Positions 55,580 through 64,000 of a stretch of 64,000 nucleotides of DNA are shown piece after piece. Position numbers and translations under genes: made by a program. A model generated the notes under the pieces. That model did no database searches. It was not told the DNA's origin and saw nothing but the letters and a program-made list of their open reading frames with translations. The stretch lies in the IMG/VR virus record IMGVR_UViG_3300020042_012680, positions 1 through 64,000 of that record, one strand, 5' to 3'. Position 1 is the first letter of the stretch; each line of letters opens with the position of its first letter. This DNA is from a virus (Duplodnaviria > Caudoviricetes).

Positions 55580-58174
55580 TTAATTATTGCTAATATTAGA
55601 CTCTAGATTCCATACCTTACTTTTTAAGTTATTAACTTCTAAAGATAATTCTTTGACTGCTGATGTTAATATAGTTATTAAACTAGTTTCTGCAATTTGA
55701 AGAAATTTTTCTTCTTCAGCTAAAAGTTCTCCACTAAAACCGTATACAGGAGGCCGCGTACAATGTTGAATTACATTTTCAGACCAAGGTTTACCTGAAA
55801 TTAGCTGCTGTACTTCTTGCGCTATAAATCCAACTTGTACTCCTTTATCAAAATTATAAGCCTCTCTTAAAATCTCGATTTTATTTTTAGTTGGATTATA
55901 TGCGGTTACTATTCCTTGGTTTTCTTTCCAAGTAAAGGTTTTCGGGCTCAAATTATTTATTATATTTAAACCCCCGCTTAATGGATGAATATTTTCTTTG
56001 TATTTAATATCCGAGGTGGTAACTAAAGCGGTCAGTGATGAAATTCGACCATTTACCTGAAGCATAAGGTTCGCGGGACTACTTAATGGTGCTGTTTGTC
56101 CAATTAAGACTGATCCTGTATTCCAAATTCTCATCCTTCTATTTTCAGTGGAATCACCATTAGCCGTCCAAAAATCAATAATATTTGCTCCTGGGGAACT
56201 AGAATAAGCTGAACCTCCTACCTCTGCTATTCGTAATGTACCGTTGTCATATCCGCCAAAAGCTGTAAATGGCTGATTAGCATTATTGAACCTAGCGCAA
56301 CCAATTGTCATTACTTTCGTTGTGTTATCACCAGTAGTATTACTCGATACAATGCCTTTATATGCTGCGCTTGAGTCAATAACCCTTAATGCTCCTGCGG
56401 TTATAGATGCACTTGTACTTGTAAATGAACCAATAGAAACATGTTTATTTCCATTTATTTCCATAATCGAGCTACTTGCCCCGTTATCAGTTTCGTTATA
56501 AGGTCCTGCGTGAATCTTTACTACTGTAGCGTCTGGTGAACCCCACCCTCCTCCTCCAATAGTTACTTCTCTTATGCTACCATCATCATATACTCCAAGA
56601 CCGTTAAATGGCGTATTTGAATTCGTCTTTCTTGCTCCTTTTAATACTCCGCCTTTATTCGTTGCATCACTGCTAGTGCTAGTAAGTACGATGTTATCAT
56701 TTCCTTCATCAGTTACGATTAATCTACCATGGGGGACTCCATTACTTACAACGCTAGCTAAAGTGGTTGACCCAATTGATGTGCGACCTGTGATGTAAAT
56801 TTCTCCTCCTGCACTCGCTCTTAATCTTGAGGTACTGTTGGTCATGAAATTTACGTCATGATTTGTGCTCGTTCCAAAGAATGATGATCCCGTATCTGAT
56901 TGAATCACTGAGTTCATAGAGTTCGCGGTATTTTGCACTAAAGCTCTAGCAACGCCGCTATTGTTAACAAAAAGATTCGCAGTATTTGTTACTGCAGGGT
57001 TTCCTATTGAAATCCTTCCTGTCAAAGAGACAAGACCATCATTGCTAAATATTGCCATAGGAGATGGTGCAGAGTTAGAATTTTCGTTATAAGGTCCTGC
57101 GTAAATATTTACTAATGTAGCATCTGGTGAACCCCACCCTCCTCCTCCAATACTTACTTCTCTCACGCTACCATTATCAAATACTCCAAGACCGTTAAAT
57201 GGCGTATTTGAATTCGTCTTTCTTGCTCCTTTTAATACTCCGCCTTTATTCGTTGCATCACTGCTAGTGCTAGTAAGTACGATGTTATCATTTCCTGCGT
57301 CAGTTACGATTAATCTACCATGATTACTTGCAACGCCAGATAAAGTGCTTGACCCAATTGATGTGCGACCTGTGATGTAAATTTCTCCTGCTTTTGTTAT
57401 ATTTAAACGAGTAAATGCATTTGTACCGAGTAATAAATCGTTTCCAGATATATTCCCTATAAAAGAAGATTCATCTCCAGCAGAAATAATAAATTGATTA
57501 CCTTTACAATTTGTAATCTGTAAATTGGTTGTACCTGAGTTATTTAAATACAAAAGTGTCCCACTATAAAAACTATTTGAGTAACATTGTCCAGTTCCAA
57601 TAATTAATCCGCCTTGAATATTGTTTACTCCTTCACTAAATCCATTTCCTGCTGGGCCAGTAGCTCCTGTGGCTCCCTCTGACCCAACCAATCCAGTCGC
57701 TCCTGTTGAACCTCTTGATCCAGCAACTCCAGTTGCCCCTTCTGGTCCAGTCGCTCCCGTAGGGCCAATAGGTCCTGTTGACCCAATATAATTAGGTCCA
57801 ACAGATGGACCTGTAGCACCCTGCGGTCCAGTGGGACCTATTATCCCACTTGCTCCTTGTGGTCCAGTAGATCCAATTGGTCCTGTTGCTCCTGTGGCTC
57901 CTAAACCTGTAGATCCTTGTGGTCCAGTAGGTCCAGTTGGTCCTGTTGCGCCATTTGATGCAGTAGAATCAATAATTATATCTCCTGCTCCATAACCATT
58001 AACATCAAGACCATTAGAAGCTGTAACTGTTATATTTGTTCCACCTTTAATTTTAGAAACAATTTTAGTTAAGTTTTTTAAATTTCCATTTTGAACACTT
58101 AATACTGTGTCGTTGCTATTTAAATCTATACTAGATACATTTACGAAATCTTTAACATTTTTTTTAATAGACAT
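55580..58174 (-). CDS. Tail fibre with collagen repeats and C-terminal S74 intramolecular chaperone
   Basis: Gly-X-Y run ~57650-57955; TSD.KYKENI...GFIAQEV...LTSAVKEL. Confidence 0.9.
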   Translation of the reverse strand: MSIKKNVKDFVNVSSIDLNSNDTVLSVQNGNLKNLTKIVSKIKGGTNITVTASNGLDVNGYGAGDIIIDSTASNGATGPTGPTGPQGSTGLGATGATGPIGSTGPQGASGIIGPTGPQGATGPSVGPNYIGSTGPIGPTGATGPEGATGVAGSRGSTGATGLVGSEGATGATGPAGNGFSEGVNNIQGGLIIGTGQCYSNSFYSGTLLYLNNSGTTNLQITNCKGNQFIISAGDESSFIGNISGNDLLLGTNAFTRLNITKAGEIYITGRTSIGSSTLSGVASNHGRLIVTDAGNDNIVLTSTSSDATNKGGVLKGARKTNSNTPFNGLGVFDNGSVREVSIGGGGWGSPDATLVNIYAGPYNENSNSAPSPMAIFSNDGLVSLTGRISIGNPAVTNTANLFVNNSGVARALVQNTANSMNSVIQSDTGSSFFGTSTNHDVNFMTNSTSRLRASAGGEIYITGRTSIGSTTLASVVSNGVPHGRLIVTDEGNDNIVLTSTSSDATNKGGVLKGARKTNSNTPFNGLGVYDDGSIREVTIGGGGWGSPDATVVKIHAGPYNETDNGASSSIMEINGNKHVSIGSFTSTSASITAGALRVIDSSAAYKGIVSSNTTGDNTTKVMTIGCARFNNANQPFTAFGGYDNGTLRIAEVGGSAYSSSPGANIIDFWTANGDSTENRRMRIWNTGSVLIGQTAPLSSPANLMLQVNGRISSLTALVTTSDIKYKENIHPLSGGLNIINNLSPKTFTWKENQGIVTAYNPTKNKIEILREAYNFDKGVQVGFIAQEVQQLISGKPWSENVIQHCTRPPVYGFSGELLAEEEKFLQIAETSLITILTSAVKELSLEVNNLKSKVWNLESNISNN
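56492..57390 (-). repeat. Internal duplication of ~100 aa fibre module
   Basis: 56492-56808 vs 57085-57390; ~115 bp identical core 56590-56705 = 57181-57296 (offset 591). Confidence 0.9.
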
Positions 58175-58197
58175 ATGTTTTTAATATTTACACTATT

Positions 58198-59478
58198 TTA
58201 GTATACCAGCGGCGCAGTAGTTATCCATGATAAATCGTAATCTATTGAACTTTCTGTCCCTAGAAGCTCATATTCATTAATTCCAGAATTTCCTAATAAA
58301 AATCCATCATATTTTATATTTATTAAATTACCGCTAGCAAAAAGACCTCTTGTGGAAAAATCTGGATCTATATCAAATTTAAATAAAATTGATATATTTT
58401 TATTTCCTTCTATAGAAGAGTCATAATTAATATTATTAAATTTACATCCACTGAATATATATCTTGTATTATCTACTCCAGCTCTATTTGAATTAAAATC
58501 ACATATTATATCATAATTGTTGTCTAAATTTAAGTATTCAAAAAATGAACCTGTATTTATATTTTTGTTAATGATATTTAAATTTAAAGTTCCTTGTACT
58601 GGAAATTGAATTTTATTTAGTAATGGAAATTTATAATTTACAGATTTTAATTCTGATCTATTAAAAGTAATGTTATAATTTAAACTATATATATATTCTG
58701 TATCAAAGATTATTTTTTTGGCGCTAGATAAGATCTGTATGTTCATATCTTGTGGTAAAAGAATATTTTTACCCAAAATATTTGGACTTTTTAGATCGAG
58801 ATGTCTAGGGATTATAATCTCTTCGCTAGCAATTTTTAGATCTCCAGATTTTAAATCTAGTGTTCTATTGAATAAATTACTTCCAGAGTTATAAAAAGTT
58901 AAATTATCGCAAGCATACCTTTGATTTACAATAGGTAAATTATTTGTAGTAATTTCAAATTGATACTCTTTTAAATAACAATTTTGAAAATGTAACATGC
59001 CATAATCACTAGAATTTAAGTCTAAAATATTATTTTTTGTTTTCGGGTTGATAGACTCTTCTGAAGGTTCAAAAGTATATTCAGATAAATCATTTTCATT
59101 CTTTTTGATTACCAAGAAAAAATCTTTTTTATCAAATAAATTGGATTTCATCATGCTTGAAAACATTGGGTAAATTTCATGATAGTTAAAATAACCTACA
59201 TCAAAATTTAAACGATACTCGTTTGTTATTCCATCTGGAATGTATGAAAAGTCTAAATCAACTGTTGGATAATCAAATCCTCGAAAAACTAAATTTTTTG
59301 ATATTAATTGATTTTTTTTATTAGAATTTATGGTATAATTTACGGTTTGAATTTTTTCTAATTTTTTTAAAATATTGAACCCACTTAAATAATAGTTTCC
59401 CCCATTATTCCTTTCGCTTTGCTCCCCAGAATAAGGAGACAAGTATAGTCCCTGCATGTTGTAGATAATTCTGTTCAT
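58198..59478 (-). CDS. Tail tube-like paralog
   Basis: NRIIY, LKKLEKIQTVNY, PTVDLDFSY, SGCKFNNINY..IEGNK align with 35313..36461. Confidence 0.7.
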   Translation of the reverse strand: MNRIIYNMQGLYLSPYSGEQSERNNGGNYYLSGFNILKKLEKIQTVNYTINSNKKNQLISKNLVFRGFDYPTVDLDFSYIPDGITNEYRLNFDVGYFNYHEIYPMFSSMMKSNLFDKKDFFLVIKKNENDLSEYTFEPSEESINPKTKNNILDLNSSDYGMLHFQNCYLKEYQFEITTNNLPIVNQRYACDNLTFYNSGSNLFNRTLDLKSGDLKIASEEIIIPRHLDLKSPNILGKNILLPQDMNIQILSSAKKIIFDTEYIYSLNYNITFNRSELKSVNYKFPLLNKIQFPVQGTLNLNIINKNINTGSFFEYLNLDNNYDIICDFNSNRAGVDNTRYIFSGCKFNNINYDSSIEGNKNISILFKFDIDPDFSTRGLFASGNLINIKYDGFLLGNSGINEYELLGTESSIDYDLSWITTAPLVY

Positions 59479-60665
59479 TATAGAAGATAATTTTCATATC
59501 TCAACAGATTGCCGCTAGCGAATAATCCGCGAGAATTAAAATCAGTATCAAGATCAAAAGTAAAGTTTAAAGTTGCCGACTTATTGTCTCCAATATTTGA
59601 ATTATAATTAATATTATTAAATTTACATCCACTTATAATAAATTTTGTTAATTCTATCTTTTTTGATAAATTTGAATTAAATTCTAGAACTATATTATAA
59701 TCATCATCTGCTTTTAAAGTATCAAAAAAAGAACCACTTAATGTACTACTAGTAACTAATGATAAGTTTAATTCTCCGTTTACAGGAAAAGTGATATTAC
59801 TAATTATTGGAAATTTATAATTTATTGATTTAACAATTTTTCTATTAAAATTTATGTTGAAATTTAAACCATTTATATTCTCTTCATAAAATTTAAGAGT
59901 TTGATTTTTTGTGATAAGATATAAATTTAAATTATTTGGGGTTAATACGTTTACACCGCTAATCAAGGATTGCTTTAAATCTATGTCTTTAGGTATTATG
60001 ATAATATCTTGTGATTTTGTGTTTAATCCTGATTTAATATCTAAGCTACTGTAATTTAGATTACTACCACTGGAATAAAAAAATATATTATTAAATAAAT
60101 AATTTTGTTGTATCGTTGGCATTTGATTAACTTGTAGATCAAAGCTATAATTATTTAAGTAACAATCTTGAAAATGAATAACTTGAAAATCTTTTCTTTT
60201 CGGATGAGCAATGTCCTCTTGCGAATTAGGAAAAATGAAAGACGAATTAATAGTAGATTTTGAATCTACGTCTTCTTCGGTTTTATTTACAATTAGATAA
60301 AAATCTTTGCGATTTGTATCTTTATCGTTTGTACAGATCCCAGAAAACATATTTCCATAGAAATTTTTATTGAAATGACCTACATCAAATCCTAGTCTAT
60401 TTTCGTTTGTTATGCCATCTGGTATATAAGAAAAAGTTAGAGTTCCTTCTGGTGAAGACGTAATTCCCCTAAATATGCTAATTTTTTGGCCAAAAGCTTT
60501 CGCGTCTTGTCTTGGTTGTTCTATTGAGTAATTAATATTTTGAATTTTTTCTATCTTTTTTAAAATCTTAAAATTAGGCAAATAAAAGGGGAATCCATTT
60601 TGCTCTTCTTGCGACTTGGGTAAGACAAAAAGCTCTTGTTGATTATATATTATTCTATTAACCAT
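59478..60665 (-). CDS. Tail tube-like paralog
   Basis: NRIIY, KIQNINYS, LTFSY, SGCKFNNINYNSNIGDNKSATL. Confidence 0.7.
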   Translation of the reverse strand: MVNRIIYNQQELFVLPKSQEEQNGFPFYLPNFKILKKIEKIQNINYSIEQPRQDAKAFGQKISIFRGITSSPEGTLTFSYIPDGITNENRLGFDVGHFNKNFYGNMFSGICTNDKDTNRKDFYLIVNKTEEDVDSKSTINSSFIFPNSQEDIAHPKRKDFQVIHFQDCYLNNYSFDLQVNQMPTIQQNYLFNNIFFYSSGSNLNYSSLDIKSGLNTKSQDIIIIPKDIDLKQSLISGVNVLTPNNLNLYLITKNQTLKFYEENINGLNFNINFNRKIVKSINYKFPIISNITFPVNGELNLSLVTSSTLSGSFFDTLKADDDYNIVLEFNSNLSKKIELTKFIISGCKFNNINYNSNIGDNKSATLNFTFDLDTDFNSRGLFASGNLLRYENYLL

Positions 60666-60712
60666 GCACCTTAATCCTTGTATAGGATTACACTTTTATT
60701 TTAGTTTATATT

Positions 60713-61231
60713 TTACCAAGTGGACATTGCTGTTCTTGTCCAATAATTGCCATTATGTCTATATAAATAATTTTTATCAAAAGCAACTTGACCACTTATA
60801 CCAAATGAAGTAGAATTAACTGGTATTTGATTATCATTTTGAATAATAACTTTATTTTTAATATAAGTGCCACTTGCAAAATCTAATGTTAATGTATTAG
60901 GTCCAGAGGTAGAATGTGTCCGAGTTTGTGAGTCGGAAATTACTCCAGCGCCACTATGAATTGCTGATCCAAGTTTACCACCAATAGTAAAAGCATGATT
61001 TGCTTTAACGACATTTGCTTCTCCGCCTAAACTAAATCCGTATCTTCCTGATACACCATTTCTAAATCCCCCAATAATAAAAGCGTAATCTCCAGAAAGA
61101 TTATTATATCTTCCACCAAGAATCCCTTGATCATTTGCCAATCCAAAAGAGTTATTATTTACTTCGTAGTAAGATTTTAGCGAACCGTCATCATATACTC
61201 CTTTATAAATTATTTCGTTATTTTGTATCAT
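60713..61231 (-). CDS. Short fibre protein, paralog of the repeat fibre at 62873
   Basis: About 4 GG..N repeats + HSG..V..D.Q.R.H...GP.TLTLDF.SGTY + terminal motif. Confidence 0.75.
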   Translation of the reverse strand: MIQNNEIIYKGVYDDGSLKSYYEVNNNSFGLANDQGILGGRYNNLSGDYAFIIGGFRNGVSGRYGFSLGGEANVVKANHAFTIGGKLGSAIHSGAGVISDSQTRTHSTSGPNTLTLDFASGTYIKNKVIIQNDNQIPVNSTSFGISGQVAFDKNYLYRHNGNYWTRTAMSTW

Positions 61232-61252
61232 TTTGATATCCTTTATTCATGA

Positions 61253-62401
61253 CTATTCTCCCTCTCCTGGATTTGACCCTCCTGCATTTGAATAATTGCC
61301 CATTAAACCAGCTACGGTTCTACCATATTCGTACCTTATAAAATTTCCATTATTATATAATTGTGTTACTTGAGCTTGATTTAAAGCTGTACCTTTCCAA
61401 AAAAGCATATATCTTAAAGCATCTACTTTAGAGTAAAATTCAACAGAAGTTGCTGGGTTGCGTCGTGCAGATCCGTTTGGACTTGCTCCTATTCCCCATC
61501 CTTGGTAACTCGGATTCTGGTAAATTGATCCTATTTTTTGTCCAACATTCATATATGGAGGCGCATATGAAGCGGTAGATTGTAAAATTCCATTAACATA
61601 AAATTTAATTAGTTTAGTTGCTGCCTCATTAGTAACAACTACTTGACAAAATTGTGATGTACTTGGAGGCGTAAGTGTTGTTTGTCCTAGCCATCTATAA
61701 TCAAAGTAGAACGCTCCAGAAACAGTGTTATGAGTATTAAAAGAAAAATTTAAATAATCTCCATTAGTAGGGTAGCCTCCATTCAGAGTCTTGGAGTCTG
61801 GATTTACCCAACTTAAGTAAAAACCTAATTTTCCAAAAGGTTGTCCCATGAAAAATCTGTGGACGGGACCTGGAACTAAAGGTCTTTTTGTTTCAAAACT
61901 AAGAGTAAAATTTTCATTTAGTGTACTTGGTTCTATAAGATTTGATGTACTATTAAGTAAATACCCACCAAGATCATTTGAATAACCACTGACTGTATCA
62001 AATCTTGATGGACCATAACTATAGAAATGGTATTCTCCAATTCCGTCTGTTCCATTTGAAGTAAGTTTCCAGGAATTATTTGGAATAGGAATATAAGTTT
62101 GACTAGGGCTAGTTAATCCTGGTTTCACATCTGCATTATTTTCTTCTTCCCAATAAGCTAATTTTGATCTTACCCATTTATTTATGCCTATGCAATAATA
62201 TAAATGATGGTCATCAAAAGCTGTATTTCCCCTTTCTCCTATTGAGGTAGATGCAGTTGGAGCGGTAACCTTTAGCGTATCTCTATTAAAAAGTGGATCG
62301 ACGATCAATCTATAACCAGAAATAATAAATTGATTAGTATTTGAATCAATAAATAAACCCTTGTTAGGTGCAATAGAAAATACTGTATTTAAACTTGCCA
62401 T
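61253..62401 (-). CDS. LamG-like receptor-binding/virion protein
   Basis: N-terminal G..GN.AFD..HLYYC..W motif, then a LamG-like domain (IKFYVNG, ALNQAQVTQLYN). Confidence 0.7.
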   Translation of the reverse strand: MASLNTVFSIAPNKGLFIDSNTNQFIISGYRLIVDPLFNRDTLKVTAPTASTSIGERGNTAFDDHHLYYCIGINKWVRSKLAYWEEENNADVKPGLTSPSQTYIPIPNNSWKLTSNGTDGIGEYHFYSYGPSRFDTVSGYSNDLGGYLLNSTSNLIEPSTLNENFTLSFETKRPLVPGPVHRFFMGQPFGKLGFYLSWVNPDSKTLNGGYPTNGDYLNFSFNTHNTVSGAFYFDYRWLGQTTLTPPSTSQFCQVVVTNEAATKLIKFYVNGILQSTASYAPPYMNVGQKIGSIYQNPSYQGWGIGASPNGSARRNPATSVEFYSKVDALRYMLFWKGTALNQAQVTQLYNNGNFIRYEYGRTVAGLMGNYSNAGGSNPGEGE

Positions 62402-62402
62402 A

Positions 62403-62840
62403 TTATGATACTCCTTGTGTAAATGATGTACTTACCCAACCTGTATAAAAATTATTTTTAATTCCAAGAAAGGTTACTCCGTGTTTTTGATAAATTTCCA
62501 AATATTCATCAGAATATTCAAATTTTTGATTTGGTGAATATCCACTGATATATAATGGAATGGTTGAAGTAGAATGATTTTTAATTGTTATCATTTTACC
62601 GTTAGAAACATCTGGTAGAAAACCAGTAAAATTACTATCATTTTGGTCAGAAACAAAAATATTTATACTTTTATTTATATTAAAATTTGTATTTTTATGA
62701 AAATCAAAATCTTGGGTCAAATTTCCAAGATAAATATTTGCAGGTTGATCATTTCCACTAATACGAACATACCTTAAATCTAGTTGACCAGAATTAGTTA
62801 ACTGCTCTGTGAATATTTGTAAGCCATTAAATGTACGCAT
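62403..62840 (-). CDS. Hypothetical virion protein
   Basis: 145 aa, GTGTAA 9 nt upstream. Confidence 0.65.
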   Translation of the reverse strand: MRTFNGLQIFTEQLTNSGQLDLRYVRISGNDQPANIYLGNLTQDFDFHKNTNFNINKSINIFVSDQNDSNFTGFLPDVSNGKMITIKNHSTSTIPLYISGYSPNQKFEYSDEYLEIYQKHGVTFLGIKNNFYTGWVSTSFTQGVS

Positions 62841-62872
62841 TTAATAGAGTTACACAAAAAATATGTAAAATA

Positions 62873-64000
62873 TCACCATTCAGCAAGAGCTGTTCTACGC
62901 CATTTTACTCCATCATGAGAATAAATAAAATTAGAATCTGTTGTAATTTGACCAGAAACTCCAAATGAGGTTGATAAATATGGAATATATGAATTATTAA
63001 AAATTAATTTATTTCTAATATAAGTTCCACTTATAAAGTCGAGGGTTAAAGTATGTGGACCAGCGGATTGGTGGACTCTATTTTGACCATCACCAAGAAC
63101 TGCTGATCCAGAATGAGAAGCTTGAACTACTGAACATCTGCCCCCAACTATATAACTATAATCTGCAAAAGCGCAATTTCTTTCGCCACCACCTATTATA
63201 GAAAAGTTTCCTGTTGCACAATTAGAAGCTCCTCCACCAATAGTTGAATAGTCTCCTATTGCACAATTAGAAATTCCTCCACCAACAGTTGAATAGTTTC
63301 CTATTGCGCAACTAATTCTTCCTCCACCAATAGTTGAATAAAACCCTGCTGCACGATTAATTTGTCCTCCACCAATAGTTGAAAAAGCTGCTGTTGCACA
63401 ATTAGAAACTCCTCCACCAACAGTTGAAGAAATCCCTGTTGCACGATTTTGATTTCCTCCACCAACATTTGCATAATTTGCTGTTGCAGAATTATATCTT
63501 CCTCCACCAACATTTGCATAATTTGCTGTTGCACAATTTCTATATCCTCCACCAACATTTGAAGAGTATCCTGTTGCACAATTACGGTTTCCTCCACCAA
63601 TAGTTGAAAAAGATCTTGTTACACAATTACAGTTTCCTCCACCAATAGTTGAAAAAGCTTCTGTTACACAATTACAGTTTCCTCCACCAATAGTTGAAAA
63701 AGACCCTGCTGCACGATTAAATTGTCCTCCACCAACAGTTGAAACAGCTGCTATTGCACAATTAGAAGTTCCTCCACCAACGTTTGAATAAGTTTCTGTT
63801 GCACAATTAGAAGCTCCTCCACCAACAGTTGAAGAAAGCCCTATTGCACAATTTCTATTTCCTCCACCAATAGTTGAAAAAACTGCTGTTGCATGATTAT
63901 TTTCTCCTCCAACAACAATTGCATAGTTTTGTGTAGCAGTATTACTTCTTCCACCAAGAATAACGCTTCCAAAACAACCGCTAGATACACTTTGATGACC
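62873..64000 (-). CDS. Fibre protein with 14-aa beta-roll repeats (5' end outside the window; not in the ORF track)
   Basis: Open frame from 64000 to TGA at 62873; about 19 repeats S-T-[IV]-G-G-G-x-x-N-C-A; ends FGVSGQITTDSNFIYSHDGVKWRRTALAEW. Confidence 0.9.
   Translation of the reverse strand, partial: GHQSVSSGCFGSVILGGRSNTATQNYAIVVGGENNHATAVFSTIGGGNRNCAIGLSSTVGGGASNCATETYSNVGGGTSNCAIAAVSTVGGGQFNRAAGSFSTIGGGNCNCVTEAFSTIGGGNCNCVTRSFSTIGGGNRNCATGYSSNVGGGYRNCATANYANVGGGRYNSATANYANVGGGNQNRATGISSTVGGGVSNCATAAFSTIGGGQINRAAGFYSTIGGGRISCAIGNYSTVGGGISNCAIGDYSTIGGGASNCATGNFSIIGGGERNCAFADYSYIVGGRCSVVQASHSGSAVLGDGQNRVHQSAGPHTLTLDFISGTYIRNKLIFNNSYIPYLSTSFGVSGQITTDSNFIYSHDGVKWRRTALAEW
63130..63960 (-). 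repeat. 42 bp coding tandem repeat
   Basis: cctccaccaa(t/c)agttgaa recurs every 42 bp. Confidence 0.95.

Noticed and set aside
56492-57390. Repeat pair as DGR template/variable regions
   Set aside because: Both copies are in frame in one gene, differences are not adenine-specific (e.g. G/C and both A>G and G>A), and there is no reverse transcriptase in the window.
1763-57819. Numerous short antisense or nested track ORFs (e.g. 2121, 2587, 7191, 30622, 48374, 49592, 57625)
   Set aside because: They lie inside well-supported genes, lack start signals and show no recognisable motifs.
57650-57955. Collagen repeats as eukaryotic contamination
   Set aside because: They are embedded in a phage fibre ORF ending in an S74 chaperone; Gly-X-Y runs are common in phage fibres.
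63301-63600. Track ORF of 99 aa (MVEET...QQ repeats)
   Set aside because: Alternate-frame shadow of the 42 bp repeat in the real fibre gene 62873..>64000.
63130-63960. 42 bp periodic repeat resembling a CRISPR array
   Set aside because: Units are degenerate codon repeats in one open frame (14 aa period) with no unique spacers and no cas operon.
1-64000. Stop-codon reassignment
   Set aside because: Long ORFs are intact and densely packed under the standard code; TAA and TGA both end genes.
1-64000. tRNA, rRNA, integrase, transposase
   Set aside because: No cloverleaf/T-loop signatures or recombinase/transposase motifs noticed by eye; intergenic spaces are mostly too short.

Overview
AT-rich segment of a large tailed dsDNA phage (Caudoviricetes, siphovirus-like; no integrase, terminase, portal, tRNA or CRISPR seen in the window). 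1-16.6 kb (+): glycan genes (exostosin-like GT, gmd, GT4/GT9) interleaved with a replication/recombination module (RecA, DnaB, ThyX, primase, Cas4-like nuclease, DnaE split into PHP + exonuclease + core genes, a putative Whirly-fold SSB), driven by sigma70-type promoters that mostly appear leaderless. 16.6-64 kb: virion genes (lambda-like M-L-K-I-J tail tip on +; tape measure, tail tube, neck, capsid, protease, many fibres and the lysis module on -), most preceded by a GTGTAA motif. Main surprises: (1) bases 1-~107 are the reverse complement of the missing middle of the glycosyltransferase that continues on + (intragenic inversion); (2) an acidic-peptide + ATP-grasp cassette bracketed by two copies of the endolysin 5' end; (3) a GT9 split across two genes with its N-half fused to a GT4, plus a GT9-like/sulfotransferase pair inside the virion region (possible glycosylation/sulfation system); (4) a 28-Cys protein next to CxxC/CxC proteins; (5) four tail-tube paralogs. 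All family calls are by-eye motif recognition; no searches were run.
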